A program made the translations under genes and the position numbers. A stretch of 64,000 bases of DNA from Enterobacter phage CC31: the sequence record NC_014662.1, one strand, 5' to 3'. Shown here one piece after another: positions 46,010 through 57,048 of this stretch. The first letter of the stretch is position 1. Every line of letters begins with the position of its first letter. A model generated the notes under the pieces. The model was not told the DNA's origin. It worked only from the letters and a program-made list of their open reading frames with translations, and did not search any database.

Positions 46010-47956
46010 ATGGCAACTACTGAACCCTTTAACTATCAATTAAAAAGAACCGCGAATGCGATTCCTGAAGTTTTCATCGGCGGCACGTTCCAAGAAATTA
46101 AAAAGAACTTCGTTGATTGGCTGCGTGGCCAAAATGAGTTTTTAGATTATGATTTCGAAGGCTCCCGCATGAACGTATTGCTGGACCTCTTAGCATATAA
46201 CACTCTATACATTCAGCAATTCGGTAACAGCGCAGTTTATGAATCATTCATGCGTACTGCTAACTTGAGAAGTTCTGTTGTTCAAGCAGCTCAAGACAAT
46301 GGATATCTTCCATCTTCTCGTTCAGCAGCTAAAACTGAAATTATGCTTGAGTGTACACATGCACTGAATGAAAACAGTTTAAGAATTCCTCGCGGAACAA
46401 GATTCCTTGCATACGCTCGAGACACAAGTGCTGACCCATATCCATTCGTAACTACTGAAGACGTAATTGCATTAAAAGACCAAAATAGCTTGTACTTCCC
46501 TAGAGTAAAATTAGCTCAAGGACGTATTGTTCGTACTGAATTGAAGTACAATAAGTTGAAGCCGATTATCATCAGAGATGAAAATATCGACCGTTCAGAA
46601 GTTCGTTTATTTGTAGATGGAGCTGAATGGACTAACTGGACTTATAAATCAATGGTGCATGCTGGTTCTACATCAACGATTTATTACATGCGAGAAACTG
46701 TTGATGGTCACACTGAATTCTTCTTCGGTGAAGGCGAGCAATCTGTTTCAGTTGCTGGTGCAGCATTAGAAGCTAACTACATTGGTGGTTTAAAACCAAT
46801 TCAAGACCAGACTATTGTAATTGAGTATATCCGAACTGACGGTGAACGAGCAAATGGCGCTACTGAATTTTCATATGCTGATACCTTACAATACATCAGT
46901 GTTCAGAAAATTTATGAGAACCCAGATGATTCTCCAGATTACGTAGGTGCTGATGGTGGTGGTGACCCCGAAGATATTGAACGTATTCGTGAACTTGGAA
47001 CTATTAAACGCGAGGCTCAAGCCCGTTGTGTAACTGCAACTGACTATGATACTTTCGTTTCTGAACGTTTTGGTTCAATTGTTCAAGCTGTTCAGACATT
47101 TACTGACCAGTATAAACCAGGATACGCATTCATTGCAATTAAACCAAAATCTGGACTGTATCTTACTTCTGTTCAAAGAGAAGATATTCAGAACTATCTG
47201 AAGCCATTTAACTTGGCTCCGATTACTCCTTCTGTTATTTCTCCGAACTATCTGTTCTTGAAGCATAACATTAAAGTTACATATGCTTTAAATAAACTGC
47301 AAGAATCAGAGCAGTGGCTTCACGGTCAAATCATTGATAAAATCGATGAATATTACACCAATGAAGTAGAGATTTTCAATGCTCAATTTGCTAAGTCCAG
47401 AATGTTAACTTATGTTGACAGAGCAGACCACTCTATTATTGGTTCTTCTGCTGAAATTGAAATGGTTCGTGAAGTTCAAAACTTCTTTGAGACTCCATCT
47501 GCTGGTATTAAATACTATAACCAGATTACTCCGCGCAGTTTAAAATCGAGCGAATTCAAATTCACTAAAGGCACATCGTCTTACATGGTACGTTTAGCTG
47601 GTACTGTTGGTGATAGTAAAAAAGGTAAAGTTGTTCTTGGGCCATTTAAAGCCGGAGATTTAGTAGCTACACCTGCTGCTCCAATTTATACCGGAAGCGA
47701 TTTTGAAAAGCTCCCAGTGACTGACGGAAGAAATACATATTTCGTTGTTGGTGAAGTAGATTATCCATCAGATTACATCTATTGGAATATTGCAGCTCTT
47801 AATATTAACTCAAGTTTATTTGATGTTCAATCTATTGAGCTATACGCTTTACCAAAAGAAAACAACATTTTCACTAAAGATGGTTCACTGATTGTATTTG
47901 AGAATGACCTTCGTCCTCAATACACGACCATCACATTGGAGCCTATTGCACAATGA
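46010..47956 (+). CDS. 6: gp6 baseplate wedge protein
   Basis: 648 aa, size and synteny with T4 gp6. Confidence 0.9.
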   Translation: MATTEPFNYQLKRTANAIPEVFIGGTFQEIKKNFVDWLRGQNEFLDYDFEGSRMNVLLDLLAYNTLYIQQFGNSAVYESFMRTANLRSSVVQAAQDNGYLPSSRSAAKTEIMLECTHALNENSLRIPRGTRFLAYARDTSADPYPFVTTEDVIALKDQNSLYFPRVKLAQGRIVRTELKYNKLKPIIIRDENIDRSEVRLFVDGAEWTNWTYKSMVHAGSTSTIYYMRETVDGHTEFFFGEGEQSVSVAGAALEANYIGGLKPIQDQTIVIEYIRTDGERANGATEFSYADTLQYISVQKIYENPDDSPDYVGADGGGDPEDIERIRELGTIKREAQARCVTATDYDTFVSERFGSIVQAVQTFTDQYKPGYAFIAIKPKSGLYLTSVQREDIQNYLKPFNLAPITPSVISPNYLFLKHNIKVTYALNKLQESEQWLHGQIIDKIDEYYTNEVEIFNAQFAKSRMLTYVDRADHSIIGSSAEIEMVREVQNFFETPSAGIKYYNQITPRSLKSSEFKFTKGTSSYMVRLAGTVGDSKKGKVVLGPFKAGDLVATPAAPIYTGSDFEKLPVTDGRNTYFVVGEVDYPSDYIYWNIAALNINSSLFDVQSIELYALPKENNIFTKDGSLIVFENDLRPQYTTITLEPIAQ

Positions 47957-50900
47957 CTGTAAAAGCACCTTCTGTTACAAGTCTCAGAATAACAAAACTA
48001 TCTGCAAACCAAGTTCAAATTAAGTGGGATGACGTTGGTGCTAACTTCTTCTATTTCGTTGAACTTGCAGAGACTCGTAACTCAAACGGGGAGATTATAC
48101 TCCCCGAAAATTATCAGTGGCGTAACTTAGGCTACACTGCTGAAAATGAATTTTTCGAGGACAACTACATTCGCCCTCTGAGCTATTATGTTATGCGTGT
48201 AGCTGTAGCAGCTGAAGGGTTTGAACAATCAAACTGGAAAATGACTGAAGAATTTCAATCATTCGAAACAAACGTTTATACGTTTGAAATGATGAGAGAA
48301 ATGACATTGTCTAAGCAATTCATTGAAGAAAAATTTACTAAAAATAACCAAGATTTTGTCAATTTTAACCGTGACACTATCATGGCTTCTTTAATGGATG
48401 AAACTTTCCAGTTCTCTCCTGATTATCGCACATCATCTTCTGTTGATAACTTCATTCTCAAAGAAGATGAGTATCATGAAATTCAAGGCGATATTACTAA
48501 GATTTGTAAAGATAAAGAACGAGTAATGCTAATGGAGTCAGAAGGGATTTTATATCTTTTTGAACGATTCCAGAACATCGTTAAGGTGTCAAACGATAAA
48601 GGACAGACTTGGAAGGCCGTACGATTACTCAATGACCGCGTAGGGAACCCAGTGTCCAAAAATGTATATTACCAAACGCGGAACACTACGTATCTCCTGG
48701 GATACGACAGGGTCTTCTATGGACGTAAGAGTAATGACATTCGTTGGTCAGCTGACGACGTAAAATTCAGCTCACAGGACGTTACATTTGCAAAAATTGG
48801 TGACCAGCTGAAATTAGGATTTGATGTTGAGATTTTCGGTACATATGCTCGTCTTCCGTTAGCTGTTCAGAAATATGCTGAAGCTATCACGGCAACTGAT
48901 GACATGATTTATGTTGCTGGTCGTGATGTTGTTTACAGAGCTCAAACACGAAATGCTCCGATTGACCAAGACCCATTATCACCAACCTTCGGTGAAAAGC
49001 TGTTTGATACTTGGACATCAAGAATAACTGGTAATTCAAAAGCAGTTTGTCATAACTTAGTTTCAGTTGAAGGCAAAACTTTAGCTCTTATTACTGGCGA
49101 AGTTAAAAACGATTTAGATGACAGAACAGTAGCAGATAACGTTGTTGATTCCGATTCGAAAGGTGTTTACATTCTCGAAGGAGATACTTGGACTCGAGTA
49201 TTTGGTAATACAGCCGAAGAACGCCGCCGAATTGAGCATGGATATACTTCACTTTCTACAAATGGAACTGAAATATTCTTTAGCTCAAGTAACTTCAAAT
49301 TTCTTGATTCAAACGTCGTTCCTGACCCAGACACTGCTGCTAAATATGGTCTTTTAGGTGCAGTAAAATATGAATACACCAGAGAATGGCTTTCTGATAA
49401 GCATTATCATATGATGAGCTTCAGAACTAACTCGAAGAGCGGATTTAAAACATTCGTTCCAGGAGCAATGAACTATTACGCTGAGCCGTTTTTCAATTGG
49501 TCACGTAAATCTAAGTCAAGATGCTGGATTGATACTTCATATCGAGTAGTAGTTGTTTACTCTGATATTGTTCACTCTAAAGTGATTGATGCTAATGGTT
49601 CTGGTTCTCCTGACCGTGTACTTCATGAATATTGGGATAAAGGGGTTTGCACTGTAACTAGCCCTAACATTCAATTTGATAACTTTACGAAATATGCTTC
49701 TGGAATTTTATTCCATAAAATGTCAGGTGAAATTATTTCATACTACGAGTTCAACTATCGAGTTCGTGATGAAGTATCAATAATTTGGAAACCATCTGAA
49801 ATTTTCTTAAAAGCGTATCTTCAGAATCAAGAAAGAGAAACTCCTTGGACACCTGATAATCGTGATGGACTGAAGGACCCTGATTTACGTCCATTGCTGA
49901 ATACTATGATGCCCGACAGTTATCTTCTTGAAGAAAGTAATTTTGAAGCGTTTTGCGAAGCTTATATTCAATATCTGTCAGATGGATACGGAACTCAGTA
50001 CAACAATCTGTTGAATCTCATTCGTAACAAATACCCTCGTGAAAAAGACGCTTGGGAATATTTGTGGTCTGAAGTTTACAAGCGCAATATCTATTTGAAT
50101 CCTGATAAACGAGATGCTGTTTCAAGATTCTTTGAAGCTCGTAAATCTGATTTTTATTCAACAAAAGGTATTGAAGCTTCTTATCAGTTCTTGTTCAAAT
50201 TGTTATACAATGAGAACGTTGAAATTGAAATAGAATCAAACTCTGGTACTGAGTACGATATCATTGTTGAATCTGATTCAGTAAATGACGATTTGGTTGG
50301 TCAGACAATTTACACCGCAACTGGTCGTACAAACGTTACTTACGTTGAACGCCACTATAATGAAGGCCGTTTGCAATGGCGAATTACAATTCACAACCTT
50401 TTAGGTCGTTTAATTGTAGGACAAGAGCTTAAAGCAGAACGTATGCCTGGATTTAGTGGTATTATTGTTCAGGGTGTACGTGGTAAAGAGTTAGTTGAAA
50501 ATACCATCGAGTATATCAACCGAAACCGCTCTTACTATGTGATGAAAATCAAATCTAATCTGCCTACTAGTAGATATCGTAATGACGTTTTAAGATTTGT
50601 TCATCCTGTAGGATTTGGTTTTATTGGCATTACGTTGTTGACTATGTTCATTAACGTAGGTTTGACTTTGAAACACGTTCAGACTATAATCAATAAATAC
50701 AAAAACTACAAATGGGATGCGGGACTTCCAAGTATTTGGGCTGACCGTGTTGCTCAATTGGATTCAAATGGTGATATAGAGCATGACCCTGTCACAGGAG
50801 AAGCATTATATTTACCTCACCCTAGAGCAGGTGAAGACTTTGACATTCCAGCCGATTATGATGCAGAGAATAATAACTCTGTAATTGCTGGCCAATTGCC

Positions 50901-51051
50901 GTCAGAAAGACGTAAACCAATGAGCCCTACATTTGACCAGAGCGCAGTAACATTCTCTAATTGGAGAGATTTGGTTGATGCTAGACTTATTGATAAAGTC
51001 AATATCCCTCGTGACCCGGCTAATCCAACACAGGTTAAGATTAATGAATGA
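47953..51051 (+). CDS. 7: gp7 baseplate wedge protein
   Basis: 1032 aa, same length as T4 gp7, synteny. Confidence 0.9.
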   Translation: MTVKAPSVTSLRITKLSANQVQIKWDDVGANFFYFVELAETRNSNGEIILPENYQWRNLGYTAENEFFEDNYIRPLSYYVMRVAVAAEGFEQSNWKMTEEFQSFETNVYTFEMMREMTLSKQFIEEKFTKNNQDFVNFNRDTIMASLMDETFQFSPDYRTSSSVDNFILKEDEYHEIQGDITKICKDKERVMLMESEGILYLFERFQNIVKVSNDKGQTWKAVRLLNDRVGNPVSKNVYYQTRNTTYLLGYDRVFYGRKSNDIRWSADDVKFSSQDVTFAKIGDQLKLGFDVEIFGTYARLPLAVQKYAEAITATDDMIYVAGRDVVYRAQTRNAPIDQDPLSPTFGEKLFDTWTSRITGNSKAVCHNLVSVEGKTLALITGEVKNDLDDRTVADNVVDSDSKGVYILEGDTWTRVFGNTAEERRRIEHGYTSLSTNGTEIFFSSSNFKFLDSNVVPDPDTAAKYGLLGAVKYEYTREWLSDKHYHMMSFRTNSKSGFKTFVPGAMNYYAEPFFNWSRKSKSRCWIDTSYRVVVVYSDIVHSKVIDANGSGSPDRVLHEYWDKGVCTVTSPNIQFDNFTKYASGILFHKMSGEIISYYEFNYRVRDEVSIIWKPSEIFLKAYLQNQERETPWTPDNRDGLKDPDLRPLLNTMMPDSYLLEESNFEAFCEAYIQYLSDGYGTQYNNLLNLIRNKYPREKDAWEYLWSEVYKRNIYLNPDKRDAVSRFFEARKSDFYSTKGIEASYQFLFKLLYNENVEIEIESNSGTEYDIIVESDSVNDDLVGQTIYTATGRTNVTYVERHYNEGRLQWRITIHNLLGRLIVGQELKAERMPGFSGIIVQGVRGKELVENTIEYINRNRSYYVMKIKSNLPTSRYRNDVLRFVHPVGFGFIGITLLTMFINVGLTLKHVQTIINKYKNYKWDAGLPSIWADRVAQLDSNGDIEHDPVTGEALYLPHPRAGEDFDIPADYDAENNNSVIAGQLPSERRKPMSPTFDQSAVTFSNWRDLVDARLIDKVNIPRDPANPTQVKINE

Positions 51052-52054
51052 TTCAAGCGTAATCTATCGTTCCATAGTGACTTCAAAATTCCGTACTGAA
51101 AAGATGCTGAATTTTTATGAGTCAATTGGTGATGGCGATAATCAAAATACAATTTACATCACATTCGGACGAAGTGAACCTTGGTCAGATAACGAATCGG
51201 AGGTGGGGTTCGCCCCACCATATCCAGTAGATAATACACAAGGTGTTGAAGATATGTGGACTCACATGATGGGTTCAGTAAAAGTAATGCCTTCTATGCT
51301 GGATGCAATTATTCCCCGTAAAGACTGGGGAGATATTCGTTATCCAAATCCAAGAAACTTTGCAATTGGCGAAATTGTTGTGGTGAACAGTGCTCCATAT
51401 AATGCTACTGAAGTAGGTAGTGGATGGATGGTTTATCGTTGTATTGATATTCCAGATGCTGGTACTTGTTCAATTAACACTATCAAAAATAAAGAAGAGT
51501 GTATTAAGCTAGGCGGAAAATGGACTTCTTCAGTTCAATCAGCATTCCCTCCTCGTGGACGTGGTGATGCCACCAATGACAACAAAATTGATATGAAAGA
51601 TGGATATCTATGGGAATATCTGTATGAGATTCCACCTGATGTTTCTATCAACCGTTGTACAAACGAATATATTGTTGTTCCTTGGCCAGATGAAGTTAAA
51701 GAAGACCCAGAACGTTGGGGCTATAACAATAACTTAGAATGGGAACACGACGCATATGGAATTATCTATCGTGTAAAAGCATATACCATTAGATTTAAAG
51801 CATATTTCGATTCAGTGTATTTCCCAGAAGCTGCTTTGCCTGGCAATAAAGGCTTCCGTCAGATTTCAGTTATTACAAACCCGTTGGAAGCTAAAAAGAT
51901 ACCTTCTGAGCCAAATAAAAAGGCTAAGAATTTGTGGTACAACCCTATTGATTTAAGCCGTCATTCCGGTGAAATGATTTACATGGAAAACAGGCCTCCT
52001 ATCATTATGGCTATGGACCAAACCGAAGAAATTAACATCATCTTCGAATTCTAA
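51044..52054 (+). CDS. 8: gp8 baseplate wedge protein
   Basis: Track ORF 50975..52054 trimmed to ATG 51044 (MNDSSVIYRSIVTSKFRTEKMLNFY matches T4 gp8 N-terminus), overlapping gp7 stop. Confidence 0.9.
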   Translation: MNDSSVIYRSIVTSKFRTEKMLNFYESIGDGDNQNTIYITFGRSEPWSDNESEVGFAPPYPVDNTQGVEDMWTHMMGSVKVMPSMLDAIIPRKDWGDIRYPNPRNFAIGEIVVVNSAPYNATEVGSGWMVYRCIDIPDAGTCSINTIKNKEECIKLGGKWTSSVQSAFPPRGRGDATNDNKIDMKDGYLWEYLYEIPPDVSINRCTNEYIVVPWPDEVKEDPERWGYNNNLEWEHDAYGIIYRVKAYTIRFKAYFDSVYFPEAALPGNKGFRQISVITNPLEAKKIPSEPNKKAKNLWYNPIDLSRHSGEMIYMENRPPIIMAMDQTEEINIIFEF

Positions 52055-52057
52055 TGC

Positions 52058-52075
52058 GGGAGCCTTCGGGCTCCC
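52058..52075 (+). terminator. rho-independent terminator after gene 8
   Basis: GGGAGCC-TTCG-GGCTCCC followed by ATTTTTG. Confidence 0.7.
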
Positions 52076-52082
52076 ATTTTTG

Positions 52083-52090
52083 TATAAATA
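52083..52090 (+). promoter_or_regulatory. T4-type late promoter TATAAATA for gene 9
   Basis: Exact TATAAATA 25 nt upstream of gp9 ATG. Confidence 0.65.
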
Positions 52091-52114
52091 GCATATATCA
52101 ATAGAGGACTCATT

Positions 52115-53023
52115 ATGTTCGAACAAGAAGCTAAACAACTAATTGACGTCGGTGAAATTGGTAACGCATCGACTGGTGATATTTTGTTCGATGGCGGTAA
52201 CAAAATTAACGACAACTTCAATGGCATTTATAATGCTTTTGGAGACCAACGCAAAATGGCACTTGATAATGGTCAAGGACAGGGCGTAGGACAGGTAATT
52301 CATGCTACCGGTTATTGGCAGAAATCAAATGACCCGCTGGAATTTACTACTCCAGTACCAAACGGCTCACAATATGACATTGACACCTCGGGCGGAGCTG
52401 TTCAAGTTACTTTAAGTAAAGGTGTTCGTGGAGAAGCAGTATTTTTCTGTAACAGCAATGGCTCATTCTCTCCAACCAATCCACTGACAATTGATGCAAA
52501 CGATACATTTGCAACAGTCACCGGCTCATTGAGAATTACATCTCCTTATGTATTTGTAAAATGCTGGTGTATTTCTGATGAAGGCGGTCGTTCAGTCTGG
52601 GATTATTCAGTAGAAAGTATGTTTGGTGAAAAACATATTCCAACTGACGGAACTTGGCAGTTAGGTGCAGCTGGAACTTCTACTAATATTCCGCTGTTCC
52701 ATAACACTGAATTTACAGTAGCTAAATATCTCATTACAGCTGAAACTAGTAATGGTTCAAAAGCCAAGAGCTGCGAAATAAATATTCACATAGACAGGGT
52801 TAAACGTGAAGTTAATAGCGTAGAGTATGCAGTAATTCGTATTGGTGCAGTTGATACTCCAGCTACTTCAACAACTCCAGAAGTGATTGACAAAATTTTT
52901 GTCCCATCATTTTCAATTAACCCTACCACAGGATATGTAGTCCTGACTTTAACGCCAGGAGTCGCTGGTTTGAAAGCGGCAGTTAAAGCTATCGCTACAC
53001 AGAAAATTGGGAATCCAAGATGA
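52115..53023 (+). CDS. 9: gp9 baseplate wedge / long tail fiber socket protein
   Basis: 302 aa, synteny and size. Confidence 0.88.
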   Translation: MFEQEAKQLIDVGEIGNASTGDILFDGGNKINDNFNGIYNAFGDQRKMALDNGQGQGVGQVIHATGYWQKSNDPLEFTTPVPNGSQYDIDTSGGAVQVTLSKGVRGEAVFFCNSNGSFSPTNPLTIDANDTFATVTGSLRITSPYVFVKCWCISDEGGRSVWDYSVESMFGEKHIPTDGTWQLGAAGTSTNIPLFHNTEFTVAKYLITAETSNGSKAKSCEINIHIDRVKREVNSVEYAVIRIGAVDTPATSTTPEVIDKIFVPSFSINPTTGYVVLTLTPGVAGLKAAVKAIATQKIGNPR

Positions 53024-54828
53024 AGCAAGATATTAAAATTGGTCAAGCTGTTGATGACGGCTCCGGCGACTACCTCCGTAAGGGCGGTCAAAAAATTAAT
53101 GAAAACTTTGATGAGCTTTATTATGAGCTTGGTGATGGAGACGTTCCATATGCTGCTGGCGCTTGGAAGAACCATAAAACTTCTAGTGGAGCTACATTAA
53201 CAGCTGAATGGGGTAAAGCATACGTTCTTGATACATCAACTGGTCGTATGAATGTTCGTCTTCCAAAGGGAACTGCCAACGATTACAATAAAGTAATTCG
53301 TTTCCGTGATGTTTATGCAACATGGCAGGTTAACCCAGTTACTATTATTCCAGGGTCTGGCGATACGTTGAAGGGTGATTCTCGTCCTCGAGAAATTCGC
53401 ACTCAATTCGCTGACTTGGAAATGGTTTACTGCCCTCCAGGACGTTGGGAATATGTTGAAAATAAACAAATCAACAGAATTTCCAATAGTGAATTAAGTA
53501 CCGTAGTTCGTAAAGAATTCTTGGTTAAAACTGCAGGCCAAACAGATTTTCCTGACGTCTTTAATGGTACAGAATATAACATCGGCAATACACAAGTATT
53601 CCATCGTGGTAACATTCTGTACTACGGAGAGAAATTTAGTGCAACTGATTCTGATTTTGGTTCTATTGGACCTAATGGAACTATGGTTGCTCTTGATGGT
53701 AAAAGCATTAAATTAAAAAATGCTGCCAACGTAGGTGATACTGTAATTGTTGTTTCTTACCTTGATGGTATTTCACAATTCCGTAGCTCATATAATCGTC
53801 GCACTATAACTCTAAGAGATTCTTCAAAGACTAACGAAACTTCAATTGAAGGTTCACTGTTAGTCACTGATTTAAGCACTCTAACTTATTTACCATTAGA
53901 TGTATTTGGTATTGATAGTTTCTCTCCTGTCAACCATCAATCAATGGAAGTTCGCTTTAATGGAATTCTTCAAAACGAAGCTGGCACAGCTGGTCTTCCA
54001 ACTGAACGTTGTATTAATGCGATTGCTGATGATGCATTTACATGTCAAGCTCTTGGTGGAACTTGGCAAAACAGCAAGTTAGATTACGTTCTCGATATCG
54101 ATGACAACAACAAATTGGTCGGTATTGAAACAGACCGCAAAATGGAAGATGGAGACGTTATTACACTGACTTGGTATAATAACCAAATCGGTACTGTAAT
54201 GGAGCTTGAAGACATTATCGCTGAAACCGATGCAAAATATGTATCTAAAGGCGAAATTCTTAATATTACTGGCCAAGTGCGTATTACTGACCAAAACAAA
54301 CCCGGTTGGCCTAATGTTGTTCCTGAACCAGCTCAATCGATAGAAGTAAATAACGTTCAAAACTTATTTGATTTGGTTTATCCAATTGGAACGATTTATG
54401 AAAACGCAGTGAACCCAAATAACCCAGCAACATATATGGGATTTGGTACTTGGGTGTTGTGGGGACAAGGTAAAGTTATAGCTGGTTGGAATAATGATAC
54501 TACAGACCCATATTTCGCCATGAACAATAATGATTTGGATGTTAACGGAAATCCAAGTCATACTGCGGGCGGAACTGGCGGTACTACATCAAATGAGTTA
54601 GAAAATGCTCAAATTCCAGCTGCTCAGACTACCGAAAAAGTTTTAGTAGTAGACCCTAATGGTCCTATTGTAGTTGGCGGGTGCCAATTTGACCCAGATG
54701 AACAAGGCCCAGCTTATACAAAATATCGTGAAGCTGTGGCAAATATAAATCCAACACATACGCCACCAAAATCGGTAAATAACGTTCAACCGTATATTAC
54801 TGCATATCGCTGGTTAAGGGTTTCTTAA
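53020..54828 (+). CDS. 10: gp10 baseplate wedge and tail pin protein
   Basis: 602 aa, same length as T4 gp10, synteny. Confidence 0.9.
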   Translation: MKQDIKIGQAVDDGSGDYLRKGGQKINENFDELYYELGDGDVPYAAGAWKNHKTSSGATLTAEWGKAYVLDTSTGRMNVRLPKGTANDYNKVIRFRDVYATWQVNPVTIIPGSGDTLKGDSRPREIRTQFADLEMVYCPPGRWEYVENKQINRISNSELSTVVRKEFLVKTAGQTDFPDVFNGTEYNIGNTQVFHRGNILYYGEKFSATDSDFGSIGPNGTMVALDGKSIKLKNAANVGDTVIVVSYLDGISQFRSSYNRRTITLRDSSKTNETSIEGSLLVTDLSTLTYLPLDVFGIDSFSPVNHQSMEVRFNGILQNEAGTAGLPTERCINAIADDAFTCQALGGTWQNSKLDYVLDIDDNNKLVGIETDRKMEDGDVITLTWYNNQIGTVMELEDIIAETDAKYVSKGEILNITGQVRITDQNKPGWPNVVPEPAQSIEVNNVQNLFDLVYPIGTIYENAVNPNNPATYMGFGTWVLWGQGKVIAGWNNDTTDPYFAMNNNDLDVNGNPSHTAGGTGGTTSNELENAQIPAAQTTEKVLVVDPNGPIVVGGCQFDPDEQGPAYTKYREAVANINPTHTPPKSVNNVQPYITAYRWLRVS

Positions 54829-55490
54829 TGATTAGTGTATCTTCTTCAAAGGCGGGACTTAAGTCCCGCTCTGCAGCATTCCTGCAATATGAACTGGCTT
54901 CTGGAAGTATTGATGTAATGAATACTCAGCCGCTCGGTTCAAATACAATTTCTCAAAAATATCAAGGTGTTGATTTTCCTAACGTCCAATCCGCTATAGA
55001 AGATGTCCGTGGATTCGCTATTCTTCCTATTGGCTCAATTGTTATAAACGATACTGGTACCTCACCAGAGGGTATTCAGCAAATAGATGATTGGACTTTT
55101 ACTGGAACAGTTGAATTTGAAGGAAAAACTACAGGAGATTCAGTTCTTGTAGATGTTTATGGATTCATGGTACCTGCGCTAGTAGGTGATACTGATACTG
55201 AGTTTACTGCAAAAGTTAAAACCACTCTTGAGAATGCTATAACTGCAGGAGAAATTATTTCTTCTGTTGAAGTATCTTCATCCGCTGGTAATATTTTGAA
55301 TGTTAAATACATAGACAACCAAGAACATGTACTTCCTTCGTATTCATCATGCGGAATTTCTATTTCAGCGTCAATTCAATCTCCTTCTAAAGTAGGTTAT
55401 GGGTCTTGGGAATTAATTGGTCGTCAATCACTAACGTTTGACGGTGCTTCGGCTCCTACCGTCTTACAATACTTTAAGAGAATGGGTTAA
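54828..55490 (+). CDS. 11: gp11 baseplate wedge and tail pin protein
   Basis: 220 aa, synteny. Confidence 0.88.
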   Translation: MISVSSSKAGLKSRSAAFLQYELASGSIDVMNTQPLGSNTISQKYQGVDFPNVQSAIEDVRGFAILPIGSIVINDTGTSPEGIQQIDDWTFTGTVEFEGKTTGDSVLVDVYGFMVPALVGDTDTEFTAKVKTTLENAITAGEIISSVEVSSSAGNILNVKYIDNQEHVLPSYSSCGISISASIQSPSKVGYGSWELIGRQSLTFDGASAPTVLQYFKRMG

Positions 55491-57040
55491 TGGCTACTAA
55501 TACTCTAAATCACATCAGTGATGAATCAAAATATAAAACGTTTAACCCGGCGGGAACAAGTTTCCCGTCAAATATAACAAACGTTCAAGCTGCTCTTGCA
55601 GCTTTAAAACCAATTGCTGTGAATGGTGTTCCTGACGCTACTGAAACTGTAAAGGGCATTATTCGTATTGCTACCCAACAAGAAGTAAATGATGGCGATT
55701 CGGCGAATACTGTGGTCACTCCGAAAACGTTAAAAGAGCGTTTAGGTAATCCTCAGGCTACAGAAACTACAATTGGTCTTACACGATACGCAACTACTCC
55801 AGAAGCTATCGCTGGAACAGTTTCTACTGCAGCTGTAGTTCCGACCGGTTTAAAAGGCGCAATTGATAATGCCTTCACAACTCGTACAGCAAAAGAATCT
55901 GTTTTGGGTGTAATTAAATTAGCTACTATTGCAATGGCTGAAGCCGGCACTGACGATACTTCAGCAATGACTCCACTTAAAACTCAGCGTGCAATTGCTA
56001 AAGCTACTGCAGTTCTTCCAGTGTATGGTCCAGCAACTGAAGCTGTCAGCGGTACAGTTCGTATTGCTACTAATGGTCAAGTTGCTCAAGGAACATTACG
56101 CGATGGTTATGCTGTATCTCCTAGCGGATTAGCTTCTTTAACTGCAACCTCTTCTCGTCGCGGAATTGCTCGTTCAGCTACAATAGCTGAGGTTAATGCA
56201 AACACCGCTGGAGATATTTTCGTTACTCCTAACGGATTGAACCAAAGAGTCGGCACTACTTCAACAAAAGGTCTTGTTAAATTAACAACTACCGTAGGTT
56301 CTGGCGATGCTAATACAGCTTTAGCTTATAACGCTGATGTTGTTCATACCAGAGGCGGACAAACAATTAATGGAAACACAACATTCGGTACTGCTCGAGT
56401 AAACGGTCGTTTAGATATGGGGTCTGGCTTTATTAACAACCAGCAAATTGCTACAGTTAATATGTTAGTTGATTCTGTTCCTATTGGAACAATTATCATG
56501 TGGCCTGGTCAAAACCCTCCAAGTTCAGATTGGATGCATTGTAATGGAGCTTTACTAAACAGAAGCGACCCACAATTCTCTACGTTGTTCAGTATTATCG
56601 GTATTCTGTACGGTGGTGATGCTACACGATTTGCTTTACCTGATATGCGTGGTATGTTCCCTCGTGGTGTAGGTAAATCAAATATCATGAACCAATATTC
56701 AGGAAACGACTCTAAAGGTAAACCTGGTCTTGGCGCTGGATGCGGCGGTGCGTCGCTTGGTCAATCTATGCCGCAATCTGTTCGTAAACACAAACACGAA
56801 TCTGGATGGGGTGAACATTATAAGCGTTCAGATGCAAGAAATGGTTGTACTGTTCGCAACGGTTATTTAGGTTCTAATCGTTCAGATTATGATAACTACA
56901 AGTATTTTACCAATGATGGCGATGAAGTTGAACCAGCCAATATTCGTGATTCATTCGGTACAATGAATACAGAAGGTCTAATGGGCGATGAAAACCGTCC
57001 TTGGTCAATTGCTCTAAACTTTGTAATAAAAGTAAGATAA
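55490..57040 (+). CDS. 12: gp12 short tail fiber
   Basis: 516 aa; N-terminal TETVKGIIRIATQQEV...ETTIGLTRYAT repeats and C-terminal domain matching T4 gp12 pattern. Confidence 0.92.
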   Translation: MATNTLNHISDESKYKTFNPAGTSFPSNITNVQAALAALKPIAVNGVPDATETVKGIIRIATQQEVNDGDSANTVVTPKTLKERLGNPQATETTIGLTRYATTPEAIAGTVSTAAVVPTGLKGAIDNAFTTRTAKESVLGVIKLATIAMAEAGTDDTSAMTPLKTQRAIAKATAVLPVYGPATEAVSGTVRIATNGQVAQGTLRDGYAVSPSGLASLTATSSRRGIARSATIAEVNANTAGDIFVTPNGLNQRVGTTSTKGLVKLTTTVGSGDANTALAYNADVVHTRGGQTINGNTTFGTARVNGRLDMGSGFINNQQIATVNMLVDSVPIGTIIMWPGQNPPSSDWMHCNGALLNRSDPQFSTLFSIIGILYGGDATRFALPDMRGMFPRGVGKSNIMNQYSGNDSKGKPGLGAGCGGASLGQSMPQSVRKHKHESGWGEHYKRSDARNGCTVRNGYLGSNRSDYDNYKYFTNDGDEVEPANIRDSFGTMNTEGLMGDENRPWSIALNFVIKVR

Positions 57041-57048
57041 GGAAAAAT

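Noticed and set aside
52786-53175. 129-aa minus-strand ORF spanning the gp9/gp10 junction
   Set aside because: Antisense to two syntenic baseplate genes; hydrophobic low-complexity product; shadow ORF.
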